A DNA stretch of 52,815 nt, counting the filler, from Sphacelaria rigidula (lineage: Eukaryota), in assembly GCA_964200075.2 (NCBI GenBank). It is 4 parts of 4 records of this genome, joined end to end, with 100 filler letters (N's around TTAATTAATTAA, not from the genome) between each part and the next. Parts side by side here need not be neighbours in the genome. Positions count along the whole stretch, not along the records: positions 1 to 13,129 come from CAXNAA020003132.1; positions 13,230 to 26,358 come from CAXNAA020003133.1; 2 more parts are not named here. One strand, written 5' to 3'. This document shows, piece after piece, positions 11,713 through 25,061 of the stretch. A program made the translations under genes and the position numbers. Within the stretch, counting starts at the first letter, position 1, and every line of letters starts with the position of its first letter. The notes beneath the pieces were generated by a model that saw only the letters and a program-made list of their open reading frames with translations, was not told the DNA's origin and searched no databases.

Positions 11713-12378
11713 GTAGGCAGACTGTCTGGTTTGTGAGGGCCGTCCATGCGCCCTGTACGTGTAGACGGCGCTGCTCTTGTTGTACAGGAGACAAATAAAC
11801 ATGCGAGTAGCAGTAAAGAGCCGTACAACCTTGATACAACATGCTATGCTCGAATCGACGAACCTGTGCGCGAGAGCACCACATAACACCCACACGCGCG
11901 AGTTGAACTTGCATACGTACGCTGACCACATGTCAGTATTATTGTATTATGTTATACCGGTGCTGCACCTTACGCTCCATCGTTCCTTCAAATTTTTCAC
12001 GACGCAACCCCCACTACGAGAGTTGAAAGAGTCGGTCCTTCCAATCGCGCAGGAAGGTCGTGATAGCCGCCCATAGGGGTACAGATGGATTCATTTGATG
12101 GGTACGACTGAAAACAAGATTGTTCTTCCACCCGTTGCCGCTCTTTGTCCCAGGACTTTTTGCATCGCTTATAGCTACCGACGTAAACACACACGCAAGT
12201 TGAGTCAGTTCGTTTGTAGAGTCTTTCGCACGACACAAACGATCGCGATTTGAAATACGATAACGTCATACACTGTCATAAATGGAGCTTTGCGAACGCC
12301 GACTCTATGTTGATGTCATTGTTGAGTCTTGTTCTGATCACTCGTCTCTTCGTTTTTCTTGCCTGTCTGGTCACTCAG

Positions 12379-12441
12379 CAAAGCTCGTCCTAGGAAAGGC
12401 GCTTTACGAGTATGTGGCATCTGGGACGGACGACGAGCAAA
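12379..12441 (+). CDS. FMN-dependent alpha-hydroxy acid oxidase family, exon 2 (gene continues beyond contig end)
   Basis: cag acceptor and GTGAGT donor. The spliced peptide ISLDDFQRQAKLVLGKALYEYVASGTDDEQ matches the family N-terminal A..L....Y.Y..SG..DE.T motif. Confidence 0.85.
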
Positions 12442-12803
12442 GTGAGTTATCCATTTGTGTTATCCTGTGATCGCTTCCACTCTCGATCATGTTATTTGTA
12501 CCACTCCATAGTCCACAGCAACACAGATCCACCAAATGGGCGAGCAATGGTTGTAGCTTGATTTTAGTACAGTCGTAGGGTATCTACAGTAGTACACGAA
12601 TAATAGCTGAACCTGTGTACAGCGCAAAACAGGTCGTACGTCAGCTGGTTCAGCCCTAAACAATGGTGACGAAGGCACACACATCGACGTACGTACTCGT
12701 ACGTGTATACCCGCCTACACAGGGTACGAAGTAGAACAAGAGTCCCAAAATCGTGCCGTATTTGCGCGGATTAGGAATGAGTTGCTCCCTCCGGCTCCTT
12801 GTA

Positions 12804-13042
12804 CGATACCCCCCCCCCCAAAAAAAAGCGGCTGGTTTGGGAGGCAAATCCTACTCGTAAAAACGAAATGGAAAAAGCCGAGCGCAACGAGCAGCTGGGA
12901 ATTCCCACACTTGAAATCGTTTTCGCCAATGTTGCCCATATGTGGCGTTTCATGCACCCTGAAACCAAACATCGGGCGCTGTATGGCCATTTTCTTCATG
13001 ACGGTCTTGGGCTGATTTGGGGGGAAGGGAGGGAGGCTATCG
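12804..13042. mobile_element. TA-flanked MITE (about 240 bp)
   Basis: TA|cgatacccccc...ggaggctatcg|TA. A second copy lies at 33337-33574. Confidence 0.7.
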
Positions 13043-13129
13043 TAAAAAGACTCATAACAGTGTTTTCGTGAGATTGAGAGTAGATGATGCGATTGAGAGT
13101 GACTTTGATCATTCGCTTCAAGTGAGTCA

Positions 13130-13229
13130 NNNNNNNNNNNNNNNNNNNNNNNNNNNNNNNNNNNNNNNNNNNNTTAATTAATTAANNNNNNNNNNNNNNN
13201 NNNNNNNNNNNNNNNNNNNNNNNNNNNNN
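13130..13229. other. Artificial contig linker (N44-TTAATTAATTAA-N44)
   Basis: 100-nt N run containing a palindromic six-frame stop cassette. Confidence 0.97.
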
Positions 13230-14763
13230 GCTTTATTTTCTGGTATCGCCATTTCCAGAGACAGCCACGGCTTATACACTGCTTCATGGGTGTCTAACCA
13301 GTGGGGGGTGGGGGGAGGGAGCATCACTCAACCAACAACCTGCGCCTGAGATAATTTCCCCCAGCTCTGAAGAACTCTTGCTGAAATCCTTTCCGCAGTT
13401 GCAACTATATTCGAAAATAGTGGGGGGGGATTTTCTCGCTTCTCCCCTGCGAGAGTGACTCGAGCTCTGGTTCGTTTCACCACTCTCGTACCTAACCCTC
13501 ATCGTGTAGCAGGGGGCATTCCCCCCTTGCGGGGCATTTGACACCGGTTTGGAGCCCAGCACGGGAAATATCGCTACCACGGGTCTGGGACACCAGCATC
13601 AACACACTGAGAGGAGTGTAGCCCACTTGTCCCATTTGCTTGGGTATGAGGTTTCGAAAATGGCCACTGAACACCAGGGCGACCGGAAACTAAAAACTGT
13701 GGTGTCTCGAGTTATATATTCAAAAGGTGACACGTAGTTATTCACGCAACCTCGCTTCTAGTTGAATTATATTTTGCTTCTCGCTTTGAAACTGGTTTGA
13801 AAGTCTAAACTTGTTCGAGAACGCCCTGTGGTTCACTTTACACATCAGGTACCAGGCTTCCTTGGAGGCAGTAGAGACGTTAACAGTGGTTTCGTACCCC
13901 GCTCTTCACTCGCGCTTGTAGCCAAGGCGGGGTACGGCTAAAACTGACCATGAGCTCCTCTGTCCATTTTTGGCGGACCTCGATTTTCTGCCAACGATTT
14001 GCCCTCGCGACGGTTGCGGTCTTTGCTGCGGTGGTTTATGAAAACCCTTGGCCGACCCTCAACTAGTGGAGAGCTCGCTGAGAACAGAGTTTTCTCAAGG
14101 CTGCCTAAGGCAGGCGAGCGGCCGGGATCTGATATACTGGACCATGGCTGTTGCGCGGTAATTCTAGCGGTAAATCTAGAGACCTTCACGGCGGAAGACC
14201 GAATTTTCTGTGCCCAGCGACCCCATTCCATCCAATCAGCGGACGTAGTTGACTGTTTAAGCGCAACTGTGTGAATGTTATGATCGCTCTCCACGCGCCG
14301 TGTGTCTTGAAATCAATTCGCATGAGGTGCATGCCGAACACTTGCGAGTTTTTCAGGGGGTTTTCACCCGAAAGCGCCGTTTTGAGGTGAGCAAAATTCG
14401 AGACACTTGCAAGGCTTTGTCTTGTGCACAGTGGTCAGAATCCACATACACAGAGCCAGAGGGCAACCTTAAAATATGTAACCGGAGATGTAATACCCGC
14501 CACTAATGTACGACAATCGTCAAACAATCGATCAACCATTGCTTTGTTGACGTCAGCATCGTTCTGTCCGTGAGACCCACATTTGTGACCCGGACACGCC
14601 CCCACAATCGCCGCCTCATGTGACGACTCGTGCAGTCTTGTACGACGTACATTGTTCGTGATTATTGCAATTTTCTCGCGCGTTGTTCATTCACCACTTT
14701 CCGCTCAACTTGCCCCCTCGATTGTGTTCAAATGTTCAACAATGATGGTTTGAAAAATTGAAG

Positions 14764-14934
14764 AGGGGAGGCCGGGGAGCTCGACAAAGGAGACACCTAC
14801 GACTGGTTCTTCAACTATTCCAAGCTAGCGGTGTATCTAAACATGCACATCGGAGGGGCGCGAGAAGGACGTGTGCTAGTGCTGGGGTGCGGGAACTCGG
14901 AGGTTTCGCCCAAAATGTGGGAAGCTGGATGGAA
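14764..14934 (+). CDS. Class I SAM-dependent methyltransferase, METTL13-N/EEF1AKMT4-like, first visible exon (5' partial)
   Basis: GEAGELDKGDTYDWFFNYSKLAVYLNMHIGGAREGRVLVLGCGNSEVSPKMWEAGW contains motif I VLVLGCGNS. GTGAGT donor at 14935 (phase 2). The acceptor position is approximate. Confidence 0.88.
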
Positions 14935-16711
14935 GTGAGTGATACGAACAGCCCGAACTCGGGAATGGGCGGTCGTGTGCATCTGCGACTTTTGTGAAAG
15001 CCCGTCGTCGTGTTTCACTATACCATACGTGATGATCGTATCTGTGTTGCGCCTATTGTAGTATCACGTTCGTCACCACCCCTCCGAAAAACAACATACG
15101 GTGGGGTCAGCAGACTTGATGAAGCGTTGACCCACGAATATGTTGGCCTTCAACTCTAGGCCATGTCCATGTCTACCTTCTGCAAAAACTCAAGACTCGA
15201 TTCTACCTAGCACAGCACACACACTGACGATCGATCTTTCCCAATTACAGTACCGGCAAGACGGATACTAATTTTATACAAACACGCTGGTCATTTTCCA
15301 CAATGCATTTTCCACACTGCAATCCAAGAGGTGACCACATCCTATAACTTTATACACAAGTAGGTTATGCCTGCCGCTATCGCTATTGTTCAAACCCAAT
15401 ATGGTCCTCTTGGCCTCACAAAATGGTGTGATTTTCGCTGTGCGTTGTTTCGTCTACACCCTGGCTTTTCAATCGCGGCCACGCTGTACTTACTTGGATT
15501 TTACTCTCTCTTCACAATTTTTCTCGTGTTTGAAAGGAAGCGCAAAATTGCACAGTCAGTGTTGGATGCGGACTGTGTACTCAAGCTGTGTCAAGTCACG
15601 CTTCGTCGTCCCGACGTGTGTAAGGTTGTCCAGCTTCTGCCGCGATGTTTCGTTTGCGGCATGGATGTATTTCCATCAAATCTTTTGTAATGGATTTCTC
15701 GTAATCTTTACAATACGTTCATATCCTGCTTTTCCGCAGGACACTCCATAGCGCAGGAGATGCTCGCCTTTGATGTCAGCGCGACTGTCTTCCGAACGTA
15801 GCTGCCAAGGTACAGGTCTTGCTTGAGGTCAAGTCCTTCGCCATTTTGAGCCATTTTTCCCGACACGTGGTCGAACTTCAACCCAGGTTTTTAGTTGACG
15901 ATATGTGTATATAAGTCCGCGCCAATCCTTCTGCAATAGAACGCTGATGATCCCACGGTTATGCTCGTGGCCTTGGAAGTAGGAAGCGGTATTGGAGCTG
16001 GTTGCGCAAGGGGGGTGTTGAACACCGAAGCAGAGACAAACTCCGCCCTCCCCCGTCCCATTCCAATTCGTTTCGCGCCAAACTATCGATTATACTCTGC
16101 CCTTCACATATCTAGTGCATCCCAATCGTTTTTTTTAAATCAGTAACACTCGCTGGGTGCTTTAGTTCGCAAGTCTGTGTCGGGTAGGGTATATTCAAAA
16201 GTCGTGCTTTTAGTACTCAAAAATATTGGGTAGAGTAATGAGGTCATATCCAAGTGATACTCCATACCCCGGTATCTCCGACATTAGCTACAATTTTTTT
16301 GGGTGGAGTATTCCACGGTTAGAACGACTAAACTCATAGTGATCATTTCAACGAATAATTCATACTATTCGTACATCATTTGTAGTGCATACAGCTTCTC
16401 AGCTCGTGCGTCGTGCAGTATAATCCAAAGGTATCCGCTTCCTACCTTCCATGAATACCGGGGTAAATAATGGGCAAATATGAATGCATCGATTGTACAT
16501 GCCACGCACTTCTTACCATAATGAGTCGGGAACGTCATGTACAACTTACTTGATCAAGTCGTTCGAGGTGAGCGCCCGTACATTTTTTCCACCTTCGGGC
16601 TAATGCGGGCCCATCAAGTTGTACAGGTTGAATCTTCACTTCCGGTGGGCCCTGAACCACGCGTAATTTTCTCACAGCGGTAATGTGCGCAAGATGACTG
16701 CGCTGCATATA

Positions 16712-17009
16712 ACAACGTTTTCGTGAGATTGAAAGTAGAGCGCTGATCGAGAGTGGCTTTGGTCATTCGATCTAACTCGGTCATTTTTTCAGTCCGTTTG
16801 TGCTTTTCTTTACCTCCATTACTAGCGTGTGCTTACAGCTACACGTCGATATCCTACTCAGGGATATCAAAGGCCTCAGTGGCAAGCTACTACAGAAAGC
16901 ATATCGGGCCTCGCGGAGAGGCCTTCCGGAACTTCAACGATTCATTCACTAATTGAACGATTTTCACTCTCAATCGTACCCTCTACTCTCAATGTCACGA
17001 AAACATTGT
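16712..17009. mobile_element. TA-flanked MITE (298 bp, Tc1/mariner-like)
   Basis: TA|acaacgttttcgtgagattgaaagtagag...ctctactctcaatgtcacgaaaacattgt|TA. The same terminus ends contigs 1 (13057-13129) and 2 (26287-26358). Confidence 0.8.
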
Positions 17010-17346
17010 TATATGCATTATCCACCCTCGACTCAGCGGGACCAACCGATTATACAGCATGACTGCTTTCACGTCATGAGGAGGCGACTCGTATGAACTC
17101 TGATTCATCCTAACCGTGCTCTTAGAACGTACCGAACTCTACCCAAAATTGGATCGAGTATTGAGGTCATACCCAAGTCTACCCAACATTTGGGCGGAGT
17201 GTTGGGGTCGTACCCAATACACCCCAAAACTAGGGTAAAGTCAATACCCGGGTATAGTACCCGGGTATGGAGAGGTATATAGTCTGCCGGTCATGTCGGC
17301 CGTAGCCCCTTCTACCCAAAACTTGGGTAAAGAAAATACCTGGGTA

Positions 17347-19648
17347 CAGGCTGGTCCACGGTTATCACCCAAAATTGTGTCATCAGCAAATGCCTTCCGC
17401 AATACGCACCCAATAGTCGCATATATAGTATCATACTGACCGCAATGAAGAGACAAAGAGGGTGACATAGCCGGATTTTTGTTCAAGGCCGTAGCGGTGG
17501 CGCTATGGACGAAAATGTGCCTCAGCCAATCAGCGCCCTTCAAAGTGTTCCGAGATCGAAATTACGAATACCAAGCCCAATTTTTACCCAATCTCTACAT
17601 GCTTCAAATCGTAGCAACCGTCATCGACACGGGAATCTAACGAGAAAACATATTTTTGAAACGGTTACTACGGGGGTCGAATTATACCCGAAACCGTGAT
17701 GTTTCGGTGATGTCGGGTGTCGACGTCGTCTGATTTCCACTAATGATACGCACGAAAGATCCAGGGAGCCTCGTGACGGTGTTCCCTATATCTGTTGTAC
17801 AAAAGCTCAGATCGCCCGCAAACTCGGCAGTTCCGTAGGTATTGATGCTCAAAATGGAAAAATTGTATCCTTGACAGTATATAATGTTTTCTCCGTTCTC
17901 TACCGGCTTCCGGGGGTCCCAGCATGAAAACCCCCGGAAGACGGTGCATAATGCCCTCAAAGAAAAATAATGAAATGATATGTCCCGGGAGAGTCCAAGG
18001 AACACATGTACAAAGTTTGGTGGAGAAACTCGAAAGCCTCATGCAGTTTTTCTTGCCTTGACGTCAAATTCACCCAGAAGACGTTTTCATACTAAAATCA
18101 AGTAGTTATGAGTTGCACGTTTCAAGTCCACGTCCTCCTCAAACGCGCAAACGTTCACGCTGTCATTAGGAGTTAGATCATGAAACTTCGCATAAATATG
18201 CTATGTATCATTACCCAACTTTCTACGGGCGATGTTTTTTTTACTTTTTGAGTTCACTCTTTTTCGGGGGTCCGACGGGATCGAAGTCGTTTTTCGAAGC
18301 AGTCTCCAATCTGGTACCCCAGAAAAACGGCACTACGATATATTGTTTCTTTTTTTCGCGTCCTATCTGCCTCCGCATATCTCAAGAATGGACTCCACAA
18401 TTTTTCGTCGCAAAAATCGATCAACTGATGCTTGAATTTCCATGTTAACGTCAAACAAGGCACAAAAACGCCGTTTTGGTACTAAAACCAAGTAGTTTGC
18501 GGTTTCACCGCGGCACGGCAAAGTTCATCGCACAAAATCGAAAAACGTCACGCCGTTTTAATGAGTTAAACTCTGAAATTTTGTACAACTGTGCTTTGGA
18601 TCATTGTGCAACTTTGGATGGACGAGTTTTTTTTTTGTTAAAGTTCCACGGGGGTCACCACGCCAAGCGACGGTGCCTACCCGATTTTCGAAGTAGTCTG
18701 CATTCGAGGACCCCAGAAAAACGGCACCACGATATTCTTTTTCATTTTTTCGAAAACTATCTGCCTCCTCATAACCCAAGGATGAACTCCACAAATCGCC
18801 AAACTCGATCAATTTATGCTTGAATTTTCATATTGACGTCAAAGAAGGCTCAAAAACGCCGTTTTGGTACTAAAATCAAGTATTTTGCGGTTTCACCGCG
18901 GTACGGCAAACTTCATCGTACAAAAGCCAAAAACCTCCCGCCGTTTTAAGGAGTTAGACCCTGAAATTTTGCACAACTGTGCTTTGGGACATTGTGCAAC
19001 TTTCGATGGACGAAGCTTTTTATCTTGTTTTTTTTACCGTATTACGGGGATCACCACGCCAAGCGACGGTGCCTACCCGATTTTCAAAATAGTCTCCATT
19101 TTAGGACCCCAGAAAAACGGCACTACGGTATTTTGTTTTCATTTTTTTCAAACTACATGTCTTTGCATAACCCAAGAATGGACTCCACAATTTTTCGTCG
19201 CAAAACTCAATCAGCTGATGCTTGAATTTCCATGTTCACGTCAAAGAAGGCTCAAAAACACCGTTTTGGTACTAAAATCAAGTACTATGCGGTTTCACCG
19301 CGGTACGGCAAACTTGATCGCACAAAGGCCAAAAACCTCACGCCGTTTTAAGGAGTTGGACCCTGAATTTTTGCACAACTGTGTTTTGGGACATTACGCG
19401 ACTTTGGATGGACGAGTTTTTTTTTTTGTTTCCGTTTTCACGGGGGTCCGATTGGGTCGAGATTTCCCCCCAAAAACTGGGACCCCCGAAAAACGGTGAA
19501 AATATTCGAAAATTCGGAAAACCTCGGTCATCGAAAGTTGCGTAATTACCCATAGAACATTTGTGCAAAATTTCAGGGTCTAACTCCTTAAAACGGCGTG
19601 AGGTTTTGCCGATGAGTGTTTTTTGGGTGATCACCGTGAACCAGCCTG
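17347..19648. mobile_element. 2.3-kb non-autonomous TA-flanked TIR transposon (Tc1/mariner-like)
   Basis: TA|CAGGCTGGTCCACGGTTATCACCCAAAA ... TTTTGGGTGATCACCGTGAACCAGCCTG|TA is a 28-bp TIR with 2 mismatches. No transposase was recognised. Confidence 0.85.
18050..19440. repeat. Internal tandem repeat, unit about 390 bp, about 3.5 copies
   Basis: acgtcaaa...aaaaacgccgttttggtactaaaatcaagta...gcggtttcaccgcgg at about 18061, 18448, 18836 and 19238. An inverted partial copy lies at about 19530-19610. Confidence 0.85.
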
Positions 19649-22600
19649 TACTATATGTGGGTATTCGAGAGTAAGTACGCTACCCAAGCACGCCTTTGGC
19701 AGTTTGCTCCGAGGAAATAGGAATCACGTGGGCAATGTAGAGCCCGAGAAAAAGTGATGTTCGTCATCATCTTCGAAAATACGGAGGCTTCTAAAAATGT
19801 ATTGAAAATGAGTAAATGAATGGCCGGCGCAACATTGACGTCTGGTTTTGTGTAAAATTTTGAGGGTTGATGTACAGTTAGACATGCTAATCGGGGCAAA
19901 AAAAGTGAGTGGGCTCTTCGAGGAAATCATAACGACCGCAGACAAAAAGTCTCCTTTTCCTTTCTTGACGTGGGATGCTCCGCCCAAATACACTTGCTTT
20001 TACGTTTGAACCTCATGACGGGTTGATCGCAGGCGCAGGCAACACCCTCCCTGTTCACGCCCTACATCCTGTTGCTGATCATCCACAGGCAGTCCTATAG
20101 CAGTGGCCTTGTCCTCCTGCTTTGAAGGCGTACCCTCTAAACCTGTTAACAAAAAAATTTCGGCTTACTGATCTGACCGCGGGACGTGCCCTGAAACGGC
20201 CACTGCAGTATGATGCATTGGGACAATCGGCACTCGAATCGTGCACTTGAACCGTAAAGAACCGCTCGAATGAACCCGTCCCTCGATGGTCTATGTCCTG
20301 AGCAACGCACCGTCCTCAATAAATTCAAGTGAAAAATATGACAGTCAGAAGGGGCTCGGGGGGAGATGTCGGGGGGCAGGTCTGAATCGGCCGCGAAGTA
20401 ACTTCAGTTGGGTGAGTGCGCACGTCCAAGTTTGATGCACTCTGACATTTTCAGTTCAGAACAACGCCGCCGCTTGCGTACATACTTGTACACAGCCGCA
20501 CAACGAACCCAAGATGAAGAACATGGCGTGTACTGGAACAGACAACATCATGGTAACCGAATTATGCTCTCCTCCTCGTCTGTGGTGTTGATTGTATTGG
20601 TACCGCCATGTTCCCCGTACCGCCTCGACAGCCTCCGTCCGCTGCGACTTGAGCTTATACCCCGGGAATGCACGGTCAATTGTCGCTCACCCTCCACTCA
20701 CCTCAGGGTCGGTCACGTGTTGTATCGGCATACTTTTCACTTGAAAAATGAATGCAAAACCCAGATGACCCAATCGGGGGTCGGAGAGTTCGATAGAGCC
20801 AGTTATTGTAGGAAGAGGCGACCGTCTCCAGAGATTTTGACTTGGAAAATGAACACAAAACACCGCCCCGGCGATCAAGCGTTACTTTTAGAGCAGGCGG
20901 GAAGAGGTGACGCTCTCCAAAGGAGTAATCCGGTACTCGACGATACCCACAGAAGGAAAGAGGAATGCGGCGGGGGACATAGAGAAGATGGTATTGTACT
21001 GTACTGCGCTGTACTGTACTGATTGTACTGTGCTGTACAATGCACTTCGGCTTCGTCTATTTACACAGACGGCAGCGACCTCATGATGGGTAAGTTGTGT
21101 TTGTATGGGCGTATTATTTTTTTCAAAAATGAATGCCCACAGCAACCCAAGGACTTTTTTTTGCAACTGGAGGCAGGAAGGGATGACGGTGTCGAAGGGT
21201 CTCGTGTAGTCTGATCCTTGGTGAAACCCATAGATAAACGGAAAGAACGCAACGGGTGGAAGAGGGAAGACAACATCGTTCTGCAATATAAAGCAATGTA
21301 ATGCTGTACTGTGCTGTGCGTTTTCGAACGGCTTCGTCTCGACCTATGCAGACGGGCACCCCCCAGCGTGGGTCATCTGAGTTGCATTGTTACAGGTTTG
21401 ACGGAAAATGAACGATGAACAGACCGTACGGGCGGTGCAATGCAGCAGGGACGTGTGTGTGTGTCATGGGTGCAGATGGCCTCCTGCGCTTCTTTTCCCA
21501 ACCATCCGGGCGGCCCATTCACTTCTATGCCGATCGGCTGGGCGGATCATTCCTATCTCATTGCCTTGTGCGATTTTCCGATAAGAAGATCCTGCACACT
21601 TTTTGAAAAACATGCTGAATGTTTGGCCTCGATTAGCATGTCTAACAGTAGGGTGTTTGTTTTTTGCTTGAGGTTTTGTAGATAACGACATATCACAGCT
21701 TTCCCAGTTTCCCGAATGGACCTGATGTTAGCATGTCACTGTAAAGTGTAGACCAACCTGGTAACACACGGCACCGCCGCTGAATGAAAAAAATGTACTG
21801 AATAATGTATGATCTTAACGACGGACGAAAGAAAAAAGAGAATATGTCGGGATTCGAACTCATGACCTCCATAATTGGAGTCTCCCATCACTTGATCCAC
21901 AGGGGTGCAGCAGCGTCACGGAAAATGTTGAACGCACGGCCCAATTCGACGACTATTGAGCTGAAATCTCAGGTAGACCTTCTGCACCCAAGGAACTGAT
22001 ACTTCACGTGAGCAGCTGCAGATTCTCCTTTTTTTCTGGACTCATGACATTTTCTTGTTTTTGCTGAAATTGCAAACGCCCATGACATTATCTTGTTCTT
22101 TGCTGCTGACGTGATCTTCTGCATTTCGATCATAAAGAGCTGCTGTCAAAGCTTCAGCGTTCAACTCCTAATATCGCGCCGTGCGTCGCCTGAGCGAGAT
22201 TTACACCTACTCTTGGCTGGCCCAGCTCGTATAGATTTTGTCTCCTAGAACCAGCCATTTTTCTGGGGGTGACTATCGCGGCATCAGTCGATAGTTGGAT
22301 GATGAACAACGTCCTATTGTTCTTTATCATGTTCTCTAAGGCAACAAGAACATGCGGCTCGGTGGTGCCTTAATATAGAATAACTTGAAACCAAAGGCGT
22401 AACGCAACACCAGTAACAGGTAATCCACTTATAATACGAATGCAAGTGCGGGTGAAGATTCCAGATAAGGATTCGGAAGCTTTTCCCGGGCGAATACGAG
22501 GCAATTTTCCAATAGGGGCAGGAGGGGAGTAAAAATCACAAGAGGGAGAGAAAGCTGTGGAGCTCCCGAGCGTACGTGGACGGTACTATCTGCACTCCAC

Positions 22601-22705
22601 TGGTCAAAAATATACTGTACAAACATGTAGCCGCAGTGCAGTCAGAGTACGGTGCCTTGTGATCCCGCCACCTCATACAATGATCACCTCGAAGATTCTC
22701 ACTGA

Positions 22706-22880
22706 GGGCGTGTCTTGGCACACTTTTTTTCGATGCAAAATGTGCGAGAAAGAAAAATTCCGATCTGATCGGTGGTGATTTCAACTATCGTTGTTTATAT
22801 TGAAATCGCGACTTATCAGATATCAATGTTTCCCCTCCCCCCACTTTTTCGATCCAATAATGATTTGCCCTGACACGGCC
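22706..22880. mobile_element. Small PIF/Harbinger-like MITE
   Basis: tga|gggcgtgtc...gacacggcc|tca. Termini are shared with 44945 and 45473-45664. Confidence 0.55.
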
Positions 22881-24158
22881 TCATGCCTCACTATGGCTAC
22901 TGTAAGAAAATATGGAGGCGATAACACAATCTTCTGCATGAGCAAGGAAGCTGTCTTTCTAAACGACATCGTCAGTCAGCTCTTTGTCCAGCTCAGGACT
23001 TTTTTGGCTGGGCCTGTCTGGCGGGCGGGCGGTTCCCGCCCTGTTTGTTTAGATACTATACACTCGGCACCGTAACTTAGAGACCTCCTGAGGTACAACG
23101 ACAGTCAGGCACTAGACTTTCAACCAGAAGCAACTGACGACTGTGTCTGTGTGCGACCTCGTAGTTCCTCTTCCTCTTCTCCCCTGTCGTACTGTTCTGA
23201 AAGCTGCTTTCGAGGATACCTCAGCACTTGGCGTACTGATGCTCTTCTTGAATGGTGGGAATCCACGCGTTGAGAACGCCTTCCATTCCTTTTCCAGCGG
23301 TACCACAGGCATACTACTAGCAGTGTCCTGGTTTGCCGTAGCAAGTAATCCAACCAAGACCATGCAGAAAGTAGCCAAAGTGGCCCGACGCGGTAAAAAG
23401 AGCTATAAGGCGGAAGAAGACATGCACTCATGCGCTATTTTCAGCCCCTGTAAATGCGTTTTTGGTGCAACGCACGGTAATATTTGCGTCAATGTGAGCG
23501 TCTCAGATGCAACGGTGGCGCAACCCCTACTGAAAAAATCTCCTTCAACGGGAAAAGCAATGAGTAACTTCGGAAATTGCTGTCACCTAGAAGCAGTCGT
23601 CACCTCACTGCTGCCTTCGGCGCAGTCCACGTTTCGGGATGTATTCGTAACAGCTATTTTTATGCGGAGGAAAATCAGCACCCTCGTAGCCTTGTATACG
23701 AGTAGTAGTTACGTGACGAAACTCTGGACCTTCTGATCTAGTAGGTTGCGCTGTTGGGCGACTGTACTTGTCGCTGAGGACATTCACCATGGATGATATG
23801 GGTGTCAGCACCCGTCGCACGCGTTGTTGTACAACGGTAGCAATAGAATACAACGGCTGCTGCCGAGAGTCGTTGTGGTGCTTTCAAGAAGCATGGGGGA
23901 AAAGGGGGTTCGTGGGTTCGGCATCAGTCTTTCAGTTGACTTGATGTCCCCGGAGCATTTTCATCTGAACCAGAGGGCCGCCTATCGTGAGAACAGAGGC
24001 GTTATGCGACACACTGTTGAGGTGTCGTAGCGAAAGCAGTGTTGAGGTGTCTTCGGGACGGGTCCTGTCGGCCTGGTTGGCTTTTGCCGATCAATGTCTA
24101 CTTCCTCACTTGGGTTGATGCTGTGATTGATCTGCCCCACCTCCGTTTGCTGTGTCAG

Positions 24159-24360
24159 GAATATTGTGAACATCGATTTTTGTCGGCCTGTGATAGAGGC
24201 CATGGAGAAGGCGCATGCGGACAAACGGGGCATGGAATGGAGGGTGATGGATGCTAGAGATATGTCGGAGCTCGAGACGGGCTCATTTGATGCGGTCATC
24301 GACAAGGGGCTGACGAACTCCATCATGTACAACGATAAATTTCGTGTCATGGTGGCTCAG
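24159..24360 (+). CDS. METTL13/EEF1AKMT4-like methyltransferase, internal exon
   Basis: Joins 14934 in frame (AA+G=K): NIVNIDFCRPVIEAMEKAHADKRGMEWRVMDARDMSELETGSFDAVIDKGLTNSIMYNDKFRVMVAQ, with post-I and motif II (FDAVIDKG). Confidence 0.92.
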
Positions 24361-24939
24361 GTGATGAGCCACTCTGGGCCCTTCTAAACAAGAAGTTATT
24401 TTTACTCTGTAGGCACTTTTTGGATTGACAAGCGCGTTGTACAAACGAGCAGGCTGCTGTTGCTCGAATTTGCTGTAGTGATGAGAACTGTAAATTCCGT
24501 GCAACGAGCATCATATATTTACTCAGAAGACGTCTCGGGGACGAATGAGATCCCTATCTTGGCCCTTGATACGCGCAGCACAACTTGTTCTACCCATGTG
24601 GCGGGCCATGTACCCACAGGCAGAGGGTACGTCCCAGAAGGGTGTGCGCAAGTGTTATTTGTCGACGAGCCATCGGGCACGCGGTCCCGCTATTCATTTC
24701 CCGGCCCGTGAAACGATCTACTCCATGCGATGCGTCTGTCACGGTTGGTTCCAGCCCAGTTGATGCGGCTTGCCAAGATGGCGTGTTTTCTGCTACTGAG
24801 CCCATGAAGAAGCAAACAAGGGAAGCGTACAAATACCTGAATACAAGCGCGAAACGTCAAAAGGAGCCCACTCGAGTATAGAAAATTTTGGCTCAAATTA
24901 ACACCTTGTTTTCATGTGTCTGCTCGCCCCGACCGGTAG

Positions 24940-25061
24940 ACATCCTTGGAGGTCGCCCGCGTGTTGAAACCTGGAGGCGTCTTCTTGCTCACCGACTACC
25001 GAGATCCGGAGTGGATGCAGGATTTATTCACGAGGGATGAATGGAAAGGCGGAAGTATCAC
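24940..25061 (+). CDS. METTL13/EEF1AKMT4-like methyltransferase, internal exon
   Basis: tag acceptor and GTGAGT donor. TSLEVARVLKPGGVFLLTDYRDPEWMQDLFTRDEWKGGSI contains motif III (RVLKPGG). Confidence 0.9.

Noticed and set aside
13174..13185. TTAATTAATTAA as a biological motif or piggyBac footprint
   Set aside because: It is identical and centred in all three 100-nt N runs, which marks it as a synthetic six-frame stop spacer.
18864..19499. 211-aa ORF
   Set aside because: It lies wholly in the 390-bp tandem repeat, neighbouring units are frameshifted relative to it, and it has no recognisable domain.
21845..21906. tRNA-like sequence on the minus strand (GAGTTCGAATCCC B box)
   Set aside because: Too degenerate to fold as a tRNA; probably a decayed SINE or tRNA fragment.
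23112..23736. 197-aa plus-strand ORF and overlapping minus-strand ORFs
   Set aside because: They lie inside the methyltransferase intron, have no recognisable motif and show no convincing splice signals.
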